From positions 2,249 through 66,248 of the forward strand of contig CANIFU010000007.1 of NCBI GenBank assembly GCA_947466965.1: DNA of 64,000 nucleotides. The letters are read 5' to 3'. Under the pieces are notes generated by a model, which was not told the origin of the DNA, did no database searches, and saw only the letters and a program-made list of their open reading frames with translations. Source of the DNA: Bacteroidota bacterium. Its GTDB lineage: Bacteria; Bacteroidota; Bacteroidia; 2-12-FULL-35-15. The translations under genes were made by a program, and so were the position numbers. Positions 1 to 10,738 of the stretch are shown in pieces. The stretch's first letter is position 1, and the number at the start of each line of letters is the position of its first letter.

Positions 1-1
1 C

Positions 2-2428
2 TGGCTTAAAGAATATATTAAAAACGACTTGTCGCCTGATGAGCTTGGAATATTATTGACCGATTGTGGTTTAGAAGTAGAAAGCATCGACAAATTTGAA
101 ACTGTTAAAGGTGGATTGAAAGGCATTGTTGTTGGGGAAGTTAAATCAAAAGAAAAACATCCGGATGCTGATAAATTAAATATTACAACAGTTGATGTTG
201 GAACTGGTATACTTTTAACTATAGTTTGTGGAGCAGCAAATGTAGAAGCAGGACAAAAAGTTATTGTTGCAACAATTGGTGCTAAGCTTTATCCTTCAGC
301 TGGGGAACCTTTCGAAATAAAGAAAGCAAAAATTCGTGGGAAAGAATCAGAAGGAATGATTTGCGCTGAAGACGAAATTGGTTTAGGAATTTCGCATGCA
401 GGAATTATGGTATTGGATGCTTCGGCAAAAATTGGAACACCAGCAAATGAGTATTTTAAGATTGAAGAAGATTATACATTAGAAATAGGATTAACACCAA
501 ACAGGGCCGATGCAGCATCTCATGTGGGGGTTGCACGTGATTTGGTTGCGGTGTTGAATGCAAAAGAAAATGCCTTAACACATTCACTTACTCTTCCTGA
601 TGAAAGCATTTTTAAAGTGGATGAAACAACTTCTAAGATGGAAGTGATTGTGGAAGATGCGGTTGCTTGTCCGCGTTACTCTGGATTATCCATTTCAAAT
701 ATTACAGTTAAAGATTCTCCTGATTGGTTAAAAAACAGATTGAAAGCTATAGGACTTCGTCCGATTAACAATATAGTAGATGCTACCAATTATGTATTGC
801 ATGAATTGGGGCAGCCAATGCATGCATTTGATGCTGATAAAATTAAAGGTGGAAAAGTAATTGTAAAAAAGCTTGCTGATAAAACGAAGTTTAAAACATT
901 GGATGAAACGGAGCGCGAATTGTCCGCTGATGATCTGATGATTTGTGATGCTGATGGTGGAATGTGTATTGCCGGTGTTTTTGGCGGACTAGAATCAGGT
1001 GTGACAGCGGAAACTAAAAATATATTTCTTGAAAGCGCTTATTTTAATGCATCATCCGTTCGTAAATCTTCAAAACGACATGGATTAAAAACAGACGCTT
1101 CTTTTCGTTTCGAAAGAGGAACAGATCCGAACATTACTGTATATGCTTTAAAGAGGGCTGCATTATTAATTAAAGTAATTGCAGGCGGTTCTATTGCTTC
1201 CGAAATTATTGATATTTACCCGGCACCAATCGAACATTTTAAAGTTCCTTTTTCTTTTGAAAAGTGTGAACAGCTGATCGGTAAGAAAATTGAATTGGAA
1301 CTTGTTAAAAACATCATTACTTCATTGGGTATTGAAATTGAGCACGAAGGGAATGACGCACTATTGCTTTCTGTTCCTCCATTTAAAGTGGATGTTCAGC
1401 GCGAGCAAGATGTGATCGAAGAAGTATTGAGAATCTATGGGTATAATAATATCGAAATCCCTAAGGTTTTAAATTCCTCTTTGTCATTTGCTGACAAACC
1501 GGATAAAGATAAAATTCAGAACGTTGTTTCTGAATTATTGACGAATAATGGTTTTTCGGAGATGATGTGTTTGTCTCTGACAAAAGGTGAATATGCTACA
1601 AAGCTCAGTTCTTTAAGCGATGACAGAAGTGTGGCGATGATGAATCCTTTGAGCAGTGATTTAAATGTGTTGCGTCAGACACTTTTATTTAGTGGTTTGG
1701 AGACGATTGCCTACAATCAGAACCGTAGAAATGCTGATCTCAAATTATATGAGTTTGGCAAAACATATATTGCTATTAAAGGTGAAACCACAAAGTATAT
1801 TGAAACAAAGCATTTGTCAGTTTTTATTACCGGACGCAAGCAGGAAGAAAGCTGGAATGCAACGAATGATACAATGACTTTTTATACGTTAAAAGGTAAT
1901 GTAAAAAATGTTTTAGAGCGGTTGGGAATTAAAGATTTTAAACTTGCTGCCCTAAGTTCAGATACTTTTTCTCAAGGACTAAGCTTTACATGGAATAAAA
2001 AAATAGTAGTTGAATTCGGAGAAATTGCGAAGTCACTTTCTTCCAAATTGATGGACATTAAAATGCCTGTATTTTATGCCGATTTTAATTGGGATCTTGT
2101 TCTGGAAGCAATGAAAAATTCATCCACGATGTATTCTGAAGTACCTAAATTCCCTGAAGTTAGAAGAGATCTGGCTTTGTTGATCGATAAAGCAGTTCAA
2201 TTTGAACAGCTAGAGCAATTGGCTTATCAGTCAGAGAAAAGTTTACTGAAGAATGTAAATCTGTTTGATGTTTACGAAGGTGATAAATTACCTGATGGTA
2301 AAAAGTCATACGCTTTGAGTTTTATTTTGCAGGATGAAAATGCTACACTTACGGATAAGCAGATTGAAAAGATCATGGAGAAGTTGATGAAAACGTATCA
2401 GGAAAAGGTGGGAGCAGAGATCAGATAA
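2..2428 (+). CDS. pheT: phenylalanine--tRNA ligase beta subunit (5' end lies upstream of window)
   Basis: Reading frame is open from the window edge (WLKEYIKNDLSPDELG...), so the listed Met at 29 is internal. About 800 aa with typical PheT architecture, followed by a strong hairpin terminator. Confidence 0.9.
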   Translation, partial: WLKEYIKNDLSPDELGILLTDCGLEVESIDKFETVKGGLKGIVVGEVKSKEKHPDADKLNITTVDVGTGILLTIVCGAANVEAGQKVIVATIGAKLYPSAGEPFEIKKAKIRGKESEGMICAEDEIGLGISHAGIMVLDASAKIGTPANEYFKIEEDYTLEIGLTPNRADAASHVGVARDLVAVLNAKENALTHSLTLPDESIFKVDETTSKMEVIVEDAVACPRYSGLSISNITVKDSPDWLKNRLKAIGLRPINNIVDATNYVLHELGQPMHAFDADKIKGGKVIVKKLADKTKFKTLDETERELSADDLMICDADGGMCIAGVFGGLESGVTAETKNIFLESAYFNASSVRKSSKRHGLKTDASFRFERGTDPNITVYALKRAALLIKVIAGGSIASEIIDIYPAPIEHFKVPFSFEKCEQLIGKKIELELVKNIITSLGIEIEHEGNDALLLSVPPFKVDVQREQDVIEEVLRIYGYNNIEIPKVLNSSLSFADKPDKDKIQNVVSELLTNNGFSEMMCLSLTKGEYATKLSSLSDDRSVAMMNPLSSDLNVLRQTLLFSGLETIAYNQNRRNADLKLYEFGKTYIAIKGETTKYIETKHLSVFITGRKQEESWNATNDTMTFYTLKGNVKNVLERLGIKDFKLAALSSDTFSQGLSFTWNKKIVVEFGEIAKSLSSKLMDIKMPVFYADFNWDLVLEAMKNSSTMYSEVPKFPEVRRDLALLIDKAVQFEQLEQLAYQSEKSLLKNVNLFDVYEGDKLPDGKKSYALSFILQDENATLTDKQIEKIMEKLMKTYQEKVGAEIR

Positions 2429-2449
2429 TATCCTTCTTACTTAAAATAT

Positions 2450-2502
2450 AAAATCCCGCTCTGTTTCTTGATAAGTTCGAAATGACAGAGCGGGATTTTT
2501 AT
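2450..2502. terminator. rho-independent terminator (bidirectional; pheT and convergent 2509..2964 gene)
   Basis: Inverted repeat AAAATCCCGCTCTGT...ACAGAGCGGGATTTTTATTTT with T-run, lying between convergent stop codons. Confidence 0.8.
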
Positions 2503-2508
2503 TTTGTT

Positions 2509-2964
2509 CTATAACGTTCTAATTGTAGTCGATTTAGGTTGTTGCATTCCAACAACTAAATAAGCACATCCTTGTTTCCCTTTTTCAACAGCAAAAATTT
2601 CAATGATTAAATTTTGTGTTGAATTGGAATAAAACACCCAAGATGTTGGATTTGTAGATGTCGCACTGTTATAGATTTCAGTCTTATACTCATCCAATAC
2701 TCTAAATGTAACTTTACCCAATACTTCTTCTGCTCCGATTTGAAATTTATAATTTAACCCTTTGTAAAAAGAAAGGTGAATTTCAGATGGCTCATCAAGA
2801 ATCAATGTTACAGTGTTAATTTGTCCAGTATGTGTATAAGGGGATAGTTTTTTTATACCTTCTTTTAAAGCCGATTTACATTGGGCTATTGCTGAAAAAG
2901 GACTGGAGGAAAAAAAAACAATCAGTGAAGCAGTTGAAAAAAATGTTTTGAAAGATAATTTCAT
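2509..2964 (-). CDS. hypothetical secreted protein (signal peptide, 2 Cys)
   Basis: N-terminal hydrophobic signal peptide ending AIAQ|C. No recognisable family. Probably co-transcribed with the upstream lipoprotein gene. Confidence 0.55.
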   Translation of the reverse strand: MKLSFKTFFSTASLIVFFSSSPFSAIAQCKSALKEGIKKLSPYTHTGQINTVTLILDEPSEIHLSFYKGLNYKFQIGAEEVLGKVTFRVLDEYKTEIYNSATSTNPTSWVFYSNSTQNLIIEIFAVEKGKQGCAYLVVGMQQPKSTTIRTL

Positions 2965-2974
2965 AATAAGAAAG

Positions 2975-3847
2975 TTAAAGAGTGATTTTATTTCTAAGTG
3001 CTGTTACTTTTTCTAGTATTGATTTTAATTGGTCTTTAGACAATTCAAATGAGCTATTATTCCCAACACTTATTAAATCTTTTTCTACAGAAACGGGTTT
3101 GTTTTGTTTTACTCGAACAGATTCAAATACGGCTTCAATTTTTTTCATGTCTGTTATTGTTGATTTGATATCCGCATCCGACTCAAATTGCGCAAGCATA
3201 TTCATTAAATTTTTCAAAACAGTTTTTTGATCTGCTACTAAGCCCATAATCTCGATTTTTTGTGTTTTATCTGCAATCGTTGTAATAATATACATAGCTT
3301 CTATCCAGCCTCCGGCAGCTATTGTAGCAGTCTCAATATCCCGATCATTTTCTTTTAGGTATTCGTCAGCATTAATTCCTGCTTCAGAAACAATCTCCAT
3401 TAAAGAATCTAAATTGTTACTGTTAGCTTGTAATCTTTTATTTACTTCCATTCCATAGCTAGCATCAATTCCTAAAGCATTGGTTAGATCGTTTATGTTT
3501 TTAAGGTAAAGGTTGAAATCCTGATTCTGTTTATATAAAAAACATAAAGAAAGATCTGTAGAATAAGTCCCCAAATTTGCTGCCATTGAAAAAGATGATA
3601 CGTATTTAGATATTTTATCCGTAGGATTTAAAATGGACTTGTTGAAAGCCGATCCCGACATTTTTAGGATTGTAAAGGTTTCTAATGGTGAAGGAATGTT
3701 GAAAAAAACAATGCTTTTTGTACTGTCAATGTTTATTTTTTTTGCTGAAGAATCTAAAGGAATCTCTGTTTTTTTGACCGGTTCACCGCAACTGATAATT
3801 GATACAGATGTTATGAATAGTATAATATAATTAACGATTCTTTTCAT
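2975..3847 (-). CDS. hypothetical lipoprotein
   Basis: Lipobox-type signal (…VSIISCGEP). 290 aa with predicted helical content and no motif I recognise. Confidence 0.6.
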   Translation of the reverse strand: MKRIVNYIILFITSVSIISCGEPVKKTEIPLDSSAKKINIDSTKSIVFFNIPSPLETFTILKMSGSAFNKSILNPTDKISKYVSSFSMAANLGTYSTDLSLCFLYKQNQDFNLYLKNINDLTNALGIDASYGMEVNKRLQANSNNLDSLMEIVSEAGINADEYLKENDRDIETATIAAGGWIEAMYIITTIADKTQKIEIMGLVADQKTVLKNLMNMLAQFESDADIKSTITDMKKIEAVFESVRVKQNKPVSVEKDLISVGNNSSFELSKDQLKSILEKVTALRNKITL

Positions 3848-4001
3848 TTTAAAAAGTAGTTTTTGAGAATGTATTAATAATTCACTCTTAACAAAACTAA
3901 TACAAATATTGGTATCAAAAAAATAATTTAATTCACATTGGAATGAACGCCCAATTAATTCAATTTTTTTTCGTTTCTCCTAAATTGAGTATCTTTATAC
4001 A

Positions 4002-5777
4002 ATGCAATTTTCTAACTTAATAGTTCGTTTTTTTCCTTTTAAAGCAATAAGAGGCGCTTTCTTATTTCTATTTCTTCTTTTCTCATCCATCTCCTCATTT
4101 GCCCAAAAGCTTTTCTCAATTGAAATCCAATCGGTTGACGCCCCCGACCTATTAAAAAAGATTCCTTACAAGAAGCAATTTGTTTCAAAAATTGAACGTG
4201 ATAAAGAACTCCAGAGCATGTTGTTTACTTGTTTTGATAATGCCTACTTAACTGCTTGTTTTGATAGTTTATATACCGATTCGCTTACCTTACGAGCGTT
4301 TTTGAATTTTGGAGCTCAATACAAATGGGCAAATCTAAAAAAAGGAAATATAGACGAGGGTGTTTTGAGTGCGATTGGATTTCGTGAAAAATTGTATGCA
4401 AACAAACCTGTTTCTTTTAAAAATGTAAAAAAGGTTCAGGAAAAACTTATCATGTTCTATGAAAATAACGGCTACCCTTTCGCTTCTGTGAAGCTCGATA
4501 GTATAGTTATTGGAGAAGGTATTATTTCTGCTCAGTTGAAACTTACCAAAAATTATGAAATAAAAATAGATAGCCTTGTTATTAAAGGAAATGCTAAAAT
4601 TACACCGGTGTATATTTATAATTATTTAGGTATAAAACCCGGTAGCTTGTATGATGAGTCGCAGTTAAAAAAGGTGAATACACGCATTGCCGAATTGCCT
4701 TTCATTCGTTCTACAAAACCTGCATTTGTTAGTTTTTCTGACAAATTCAATAAGTTAATATTAAATTTCGAAAAAAAACGGGCGAGTCAATTCGACGGTA
4801 TTATTGGCATTTTGCCCGATAATGCAACTGGTAAAATTTTGTTTACGGGTGATGTTCGACTGAAATTACAAAATGGTCTGGGTCGTGGTGAACTGATTGA
4901 TTTGAATTGGAGAAAATTACAATCGCAGACCCAAGACCTTAAGGTAAGATTGGTTTATCCTTTCATTCTTCGAACACCATTTGGTTTAGATTATAATTTT
5001 AAACTATATAAAAAAGACACTACTTTTTTAGACATTTATCAGAATATAGGTGTTCAATATTTATTGATTGGCGGAAATTATGTTAAAGTTTTTTATAATA
5101 ACAAAACATCTACTTTGCTTTCCACTAAAGGTTTGGAGTATTTAACATCTTTGCCGGCAAATGCCGATGTAAATACAAATATGTACGGACTAGGTATTAA
5201 ATATGAAAAACTTGACTATCGCTTGAATCCAAGAAAAGGTTTTTCTGTTTTGATGAATGCCAGTGCTGGTTCAAAAAAGATAAAGAAAAATGCAAAGCTA
5301 AATCCTATTGTCTATGAAAAGTTAAAATTGAGTTCTGCTTTGTATAATGGAGATGTTGAAGCTACCTTTTTTTTACCGATAGCCAATAGAAGTAGTATTA
5401 AAATTGGAGCACAAGCCGCTTTTATATATGGAGAAACTACTTTTCAGAATGAATTGTCGCGCATTGGTGGTTTAAAAACATTGCGTGGCTTTGATGAGGA
5501 ATCTATTTATGCCTCCTGCTACTCTATTTTAACCTTAGAATACAGGTTTATTCTGGAGCAGAATTCGTATTTGTATGTATTTGGCGATGGTGCTTGGTAC
5601 GAGAATAACGAAGTAAACCGATACGTGAAAGATACTCCTTTGGGTTTCGGTGCCGGTATTAGTTTCGAAACCAAAGCCGGTATTTTTTCTATTAATTACG
5701 CCTTGGGTAAACAATTCAGCAATCCGATTGAATTTCGTAGCGGAAAGATTCATTTTGGAATCGTTAATTATTTCTAA
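4002..5777 (+). CDS. Omp85/BamA-TamA family outer-membrane protein (POTRA + beta-barrel)
   Basis: Signal peptide, POTRA-like segment (KIDSLVIKGNAKITPVYIYNYLGIKPGSLYDESQL), long beta-rich C-terminal region ending in ...FGIVNYF (terminal aromatic, OMP signature). Confidence 0.65.
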   Translation: MQFSNLIVRFFPFKAIRGAFLFLFLLFSSISSFAQKLFSIEIQSVDAPDLLKKIPYKKQFVSKIERDKELQSMLFTCFDNAYLTACFDSLYTDSLTLRAFLNFGAQYKWANLKKGNIDEGVLSAIGFREKLYANKPVSFKNVKKVQEKLIMFYENNGYPFASVKLDSIVIGEGIISAQLKLTKNYEIKIDSLVIKGNAKITPVYIYNYLGIKPGSLYDESQLKKVNTRIAELPFIRSTKPAFVSFSDKFNKLILNFEKKRASQFDGIIGILPDNATGKILFTGDVRLKLQNGLGRGELIDLNWRKLQSQTQDLKVRLVYPFILRTPFGLDYNFKLYKKDTTFLDIYQNIGVQYLLIGGNYVKVFYNNKTSTLLSTKGLEYLTSLPANADVNTNMYGLGIKYEKLDYRLNPRKGFSVLMNASAGSKKIKKNAKLNPIVYEKLKLSSALYNGDVEATFFLPIANRSSIKIGAQAAFIYGETTFQNELSRIGGLKTLRGFDEESIYASCYSILTLEYRFILEQNSYLYVFGDGAWYENNEVNRYVKDTPLGFGAGISFETKAGIFSINYALGKQFSNPIEFRSGKIHFGIVNYF

Positions 5778-5816
5778 TACAGGAACCAATTTTTTCCCTT
5801 ACAACCAACCGATTTT

Positions 5817-7211
5817 ATGCTTAAATTAGCCATTCTATTAGGACATGATTTTATGGATATTTTATTTTTATTAATTGGTCTGGTTTTAGGTTTTGGAATT
5901 GCTTTTTTGTTTTTAAAAGGAAAACAGCATGTAATGACTGATACATCCATCTTGGATTCGAAAATTATCGGATTGGAAAAGGATTGTTCTTTTGCCGAAA
6001 AAGAAAAAAATCGTATCCATTCCGAAAAGGAATTACTCAATAAGGAAGTGATTTTTATTCGTGAAGAATTAAACGCTTCAAATATTACTATTGCTAAAGC
6101 ACGTGAAGCTTTTAAGTCGCAGGAGGAAAAATTTACAACACTTAAATCCGAATTGGAGAACGTTCACAAAAAATATACTACAGAGTTCGAAAATATTGCA
6201 AATAAAATTTTGGATGAAAAATCCCAAAAATTTACTGAACAAAATAAAACCAATTTGGATGTTATTCTAAATCCTTTGAAGGATAATATCAAACGATTTG
6301 AAGAACAAGTTCAAAAAGCATATAAATCTGAGTCGGATGAACGCATCACTCTTAAAACTGAAATAAAGACCTTGGTAGATTTGAATAAACAAATCAGCCA
6401 AGAAGCACACAATCTCACCAAAGCATTAAAAGGTGAAAATAAAACGCAGGGTAACTGGGGTGAGCTAATTCTAGAAAAGGTTTTAGAGCGCTCTGGTTTA
6501 GTAAAAGATCAGGAATATCGGTTGCAATATAGTACTAGTAACGATGATGGGAAACGCATTCAGCCAGATGCAGTAATTATGTTACCTGATAATAAGCATA
6601 TAATTGTTGATGCCAAAGTTTCACTTATTGCCTATGAAGCATTTGTTAATTCTACCTCTGATGAAGAGCGATTGATTTTAATGAAGGACCATCTGTTTTC
6701 TGTAAGAACGCACATTAAATCCTTAAGTGAAAAAAATTATCCGACCTCCACTGATTTTAATACTCCTGATTTTGTGTTGTTGTTTATTCCTATTGAATCC
6801 TCTTTCATTGTTGCTGTTCAGGCGGATCAGGAATTATTTAATTTTGCTTGGGATAAAAAGATTGTAATCGTTAGTCCTTCTACATTATTGGCTACTTTAC
6901 GAACAATCGCTTCGGTTTGGAAACAAGAGCGTCAAACGAAAAATGCAATTGAAATAGCAAAGCAAAGTGGTGCATTGTACGATAAGTTTGTTGGATTTAT
7001 TGAAGATATGGATAAGATCGGAAAAGGAATTGATGCTTCGCGCAACGCATACGAAAACGCAATCAATAAGCTTCACAAAGGAAGTGGCAATTTAGTGAAG
7101 CGTGCTCAGGATATTGAAAAATTAGGAGCGAAAACAACTAAGCAGATCGCGTCTAAATTTATTGAAAATGATGAGCCATCACAATTAACAGAAGACTCTG
7201 AATTAGTATGA
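5817..7211 (+). CDS. rmuC: DNA recombination protein RmuC
   Basis: N-terminal TM helix plus coiled-coil, then the RmuC core (KTQGNWGELILEKVLERSGL...QPDAVIMLPDNKHIIVDAKVSL). Confidence 0.85.
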   Translation: MLKLAILLGHDFMDILFLLIGLVLGFGIAFLFLKGKQHVMTDTSILDSKIIGLEKDCSFAEKEKNRIHSEKELLNKEVIFIREELNASNITIAKAREAFKSQEEKFTTLKSELENVHKKYTTEFENIANKILDEKSQKFTEQNKTNLDVILNPLKDNIKRFEEQVQKAYKSESDERITLKTEIKTLVDLNKQISQEAHNLTKALKGENKTQGNWGELILEKVLERSGLVKDQEYRLQYSTSNDDGKRIQPDAVIMLPDNKHIIVDAKVSLIAYEAFVNSTSDEERLILMKDHLFSVRTHIKSLSEKNYPTSTDFNTPDFVLLFIPIESSFIVAVQADQELFNFAWDKKIVIVSPSTLLATLRTIASVWKQERQTKNAIEIAKQSGALYDKFVGFIEDMDKIGKGIDASRNAYENAINKLHKGSGNLVKRAQDIEKLGAKTTKQIASKFIENDEPSQLTEDSELV

Positions 7212-8473
7212 AAAAATATTGCTTATATATTTTATTGACGCTGTTTATTTTTGCATGTGGCTCCACCCGAAAAGTTGTTGAAAAAACTCCTTCAGCAAGT
7301 TATAAGCGCGATGTGAATACTATCCATCCCGAATTTACACTGTTTCATGTGAGTGATAGTGTTACCGAATTACACTATAAGATTAGTAGCAAAGAACTTT
7401 TATATACCCGTCCCGATGGATTAAATTTTTCTTCTAACTTATTAATTTCAATTCGCTTGATGAGTTCCTTTGATTCAAACCAAGTTATCGATAGTGCATC
7501 TGTTAGATTGGTGGATATCAACAATGACAATTTAAGCAAATACCTGATCGGTAAAATGAATGTGAAAGCCATCTCTCCAAGGAGTTATTTTCTTCGCATA
7601 AATATTACGGATATAAATAGAAATATAAGTGTTGCAAGTGTTATGGAAATTCAGAAAGATAATGATCTTAACCGCCAGAATTTTATAGTAAAATCAAAAT
7701 TAGATGATGCACCTATTTTTCATAATTACTTTAAATCAAACCAAGAATTATTGATTACTTACAAGGCGAAAATAGCTGTAACACTTTTTGTGAGATATTA
7801 TAACAGAACATTCCCTTTGGCTGCGCCCCCTTTTTCTTCGGTTGACCCTAGGCCCTTTCTTTACAAAGCAGATAGCTTGTTTACTATCCAGTTGGACCAA
7901 AATGGTGTTGCCAAATTTGCAGCTTCAAAAACTGGATTTTATCACTTTCAATTGGATACAACAAAACGGATAGGTCTGACTTTGTTTAATTTTTCGGAAA
8001 CATTTCCTGAAATAAAAAAAGCGGAAGAAATGGTTCCCCCTCTTCGTTATATTACTTCAAAACAGGAATATGATGAATTAAATTCGAGTGTAAATCCGAA
8101 AGGGGCTGTCGAAAAATTTTGGATGAATTGTACCGGAAATCAAGAACGTGCAAAAGAAATTATTCGCAAATATTACAACAGAGTAAGAGATGCAAACTTG
8201 TTTTTCACTTCCTATCTTGAAGGTTGGAAAACCGATAGAGGGGTTATTTTTCTCATTTACGGTGCACCTAATGTGATCTACCGTACAGCTTTTGCCGAAA
8301 CATGGACCTATGGTGAAGAAAATAATATTAACTCTCTCAGCTATTCTTTTTCCAAAGTAGACAATCCCTTTACTGATAATGATTATACGCTTGAACGTTC
8401 GGCTGTTTATAAACAAAACTGGGGTATTGCCGTAGATATTTGGCGTCAGGGTAGAACTTATTTACAAGATTAA
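7208..8473 (+). CDS. GWxTD-domain lipoprotein
   Basis: Lipobox (LFIFACGS). Contains a GWKTDRG motif followed by VIFLIYGAPN...ETWTYGE, characteristic of the GWxTD family. Start overlaps the rmuC stop by 4 bp (ATGA). Confidence 0.65.
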   Translation: MKKYCLYILLTLFIFACGSTRKVVEKTPSASYKRDVNTIHPEFTLFHVSDSVTELHYKISSKELLYTRPDGLNFSSNLLISIRLMSSFDSNQVIDSASVRLVDINNDNLSKYLIGKMNVKAISPRSYFLRINITDINRNISVASVMEIQKDNDLNRQNFIVKSKLDDAPIFHNYFKSNQELLITYKAKIAVTLFVRYYNRTFPLAAPPFSSVDPRPFLYKADSLFTIQLDQNGVAKFAASKTGFYHFQLDTTKRIGLTLFNFSETFPEIKKAEEMVPPLRYITSKQEYDELNSSVNPKGAVEKFWMNCTGNQERAKEIIRKYYNRVRDANLFFTSYLEGWKTDRGVIFLIYGAPNVIYRTAFAETWTYGEENNINSLSYSFSKVDNPFTDNDYTLERSAVYKQNWGIAVDIWRQGRTYLQD

Positions 8474-8486
8474 TATTTTAAAAATT

Positions 8487-9248
8487 ATGCAAACAAAACA
8501 GCAAAAAAAAGAAGAAGATAGTCTGATCTTTGGTTTAAGACCTTTAATAGAATCTATAAATGCTGGAAAAGAAATTGATAAATTACTCGTGCAAAGCGGA
8601 TTAAAAGGAGAGTTGGTGAGCCAATTGATGGGCTTGTTGAAACTAAACAATATTCCTTATCAATATGTTCCAGTAGAAAAATTAAATCGCATGACACAAA
8701 AAAATCATCAGGGTGTTGTCGGATATATTTCTTCTATCGGCTATTATAAAATTCAAGATGTTCTTCCTACTGTTTTTGAAGATGGAAAAGTTCCATTGTT
8801 GTTAATCTTAGATCGCATTACGGATGTTCGTAACTTCGGTGCAATCGCCCGTACAGCTGAATGTTCAGGTGTAAATGCAATCATTATTCCTTCTCGTGGT
8901 AGTGCTCAGATAAACGCAGATGCTATTAAAACATCTACGGGTGCTTTGCAAAAAATACCAGTTTGTAAAGAAGAAAATTTAAAATCTACTATCGATTATC
9001 TTCATGAATGTGGACTACAGGTTATTGCTTGTACCGAAAAAACAACAGATTATTATTTTCAGATCGATTTCACAGTGCCTACAGCTATAATAATGGGATC
9101 TGAAGAAGACGGAATTTTAAATGAATATCTTCAGAAATCAGATGGAAAAGCTAAAATTCCATTGATGGGTGAGATCGGTTCATTAAATGTTTCTGTTGCA
9201 GCAGGGATTATTTTATACGAAGCTGTTAGTCAACGTTTAGTTCATTAA
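8487..9248 (+). CDS. rlmB: 23S rRNA (guanosine-2'-O)-methyltransferase, SpoU/TrmH family (RlmB-like)
   Basis: SpoU substrate-binding N-terminal domain plus TrmH motifs (LLILDRITDVRNFGAIARTAECSGVNAIIIP; IIMGSEEDGI). Confidence 0.8.
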   Translation: MQTKQQKKEEDSLIFGLRPLIESINAGKEIDKLLVQSGLKGELVSQLMGLLKLNNIPYQYVPVEKLNRMTQKNHQGVVGYISSIGYYKIQDVLPTVFEDGKVPLLLILDRITDVRNFGAIARTAECSGVNAIIIPSRGSAQINADAIKTSTGALQKIPVCKEENLKSTIDYLHECGLQVIACTEKTTDYYFQIDFTVPTAIIMGSEEDGILNEYLQKSDGKAKIPLMGEIGSLNVSVAAGIILYEAVSQRLVH

Positions 9249-9252
9249 AAAA

Positions 9253-10659
9253 ATGAATTTTTTCGATAGAAAATATTTTCCTTATTTTATTCTTTTCTCT
9301 ATCGTACTCTTTTCCCGCTTACCTTTTTTGGCAGCCGGATATGGCGTTGAAGAGGATTCATGGGGAATCGCATTGGCCGGTTTTCATACAAAAATTACAG
9401 GTATTTACGAGCCTTCCCGCTTTCCGGGACATCCTGTTCACGAATTTATTTATTCTGCCTTTTGGGGGTATTCTGCCTTTTTATATAATTTGATTACTGC
9501 AATTTTTAGTGCTATTGCTGCAGTGTTTTTTGCAATTGTTTTAAAGGAATTACATTTTAAGTGTTTTTTTATTGCAGCTCTCGCTTTCGCATTTACTCCT
9601 GTTTATTTTATAAGCTCAACGTATACTATCGATTTTGTTTGGACGATCACATTCATCCTTGTTAGTTTTTATTTTGTTCTGAAAAAAAAATTCTTCTTTT
9701 GCGGAGTCTTTCTCGGATTGGCCATTGGTTGTCGTATCACAAGCGGTGCAATGCTCATCCCTTTTGTGATTATCTTTTGGCAAAAAAATAATATTTCAGA
9801 AAATGCCAAACGGTTATTTAAAATAATTTTACCGCTGTTACTTACTGTTCTGATTGCTTACCTTCCGCTCATCACGGAGTTCGGACTATCTTTTTTTATG
9901 TATTACGATCAGTTTCCTTATCCTTCTCTGGCAAAAGTATTCTATAAAATGATTCCCGGTGTTTTCGGGTTTTTCGGTATGGCCGCGATTGCTGTTTCAA
10001 TAGTGTGGATCATTTTCAATTGTAAGAGGTCTCCGAAAGGTGTTTTGTTCGAAAAACAACCTGATAATAAAATTTTTATTGCTTGTTATGCTGTGATCTT
10101 ATTGTTTGTCGTTTCTTATTTTCGATTGCCGCAAAAATCAGGGTATATGATTACCGTTATTCCTTTTTTAATACTTCTTTTCGGATATTATCTAAATGAA
10201 AAATGGTTCCAGCTCTTATGCTTTTCTCTGATGATCTCCTCTTTCTTTTGCAGTATAAATCTTACCGATAAATTAAGAGGCGCTTCTTTTTCAAATTATG
10301 CAATTACAATGACTGTATCCGGACAGGAATTGTTTTTTGATCCGTTTTCCGGACCTGTATTTTCGGATTACTCAAAACGTCTGCAAAAAATAAAATATAC
10401 GAATGACGTTATTCTTCAAGCGGATAGCATGACAATTAAAACGATTGTAATTGCCGGTTGGTGGTATAATCAAATTATGGTAACGCTTATTCCTAAAAAA
10501 AACAACGATTTGGTTGTATTCGAACCGTATATTAATTCGGTAAAATTGGACGAATATGTTTCTAATGGATATGTTATTAAATATTTGCCCGAGCAGAATA
10601 TTTATAATGATCAGATGTATAAAATGGATTATACAGATAAGATTTCAACTCCTTTTTAA
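9253..10659 (+). CDS. polytopic membrane protein, putative GT-C-type (ArnT/PMT-like) glycosyltransferase
   Basis: About 11 predicted TM helices, with an acidic loop motif (GVEEDSWG) after TM1 as in GT-C enzymes. The functional assignment is tentative. Confidence 0.4.
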   Translation: MNFFDRKYFPYFILFSIVLFSRLPFLAAGYGVEEDSWGIALAGFHTKITGIYEPSRFPGHPVHEFIYSAFWGYSAFLYNLITAIFSAIAAVFFAIVLKELHFKCFFIAALAFAFTPVYFISSTYTIDFVWTITFILVSFYFVLKKKFFFCGVFLGLAIGCRITSGAMLIPFVIIFWQKNNISENAKRLFKIILPLLLTVLIAYLPLITEFGLSFFMYYDQFPYPSLAKVFYKMIPGVFGFFGMAAIAVSIVWIIFNCKRSPKGVLFEKQPDNKIFIACYAVILLFVVSYFRLPQKSGYMITVIPFLILLFGYYLNEKWFQLLCFSLMISSFFCSINLTDKLRGASFSNYAITMTVSGQELFFDPFSGPVFSDYSKRLQKIKYTNDVILQADSMTIKTIVIAGWWYNQIMVTLIPKKNNDLVVFEPYINSVKLDEYVSNGYVIKYLPEQNIYNDQMYKMDYTDKISTPF

Positions 10660-10738
10660 GGTTGATAAGTATTTATATTTCTAAAAGTGAATGTTGTTAT
10701 ATTTTGTCTAATTTTCGGATATAAATAACTCGTAAAAA

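Noticed and set aside
1665-1877. 70-aa ORF inside pheT
   Set aside because: It is nested out-of-frame within the pheT coding sequence.
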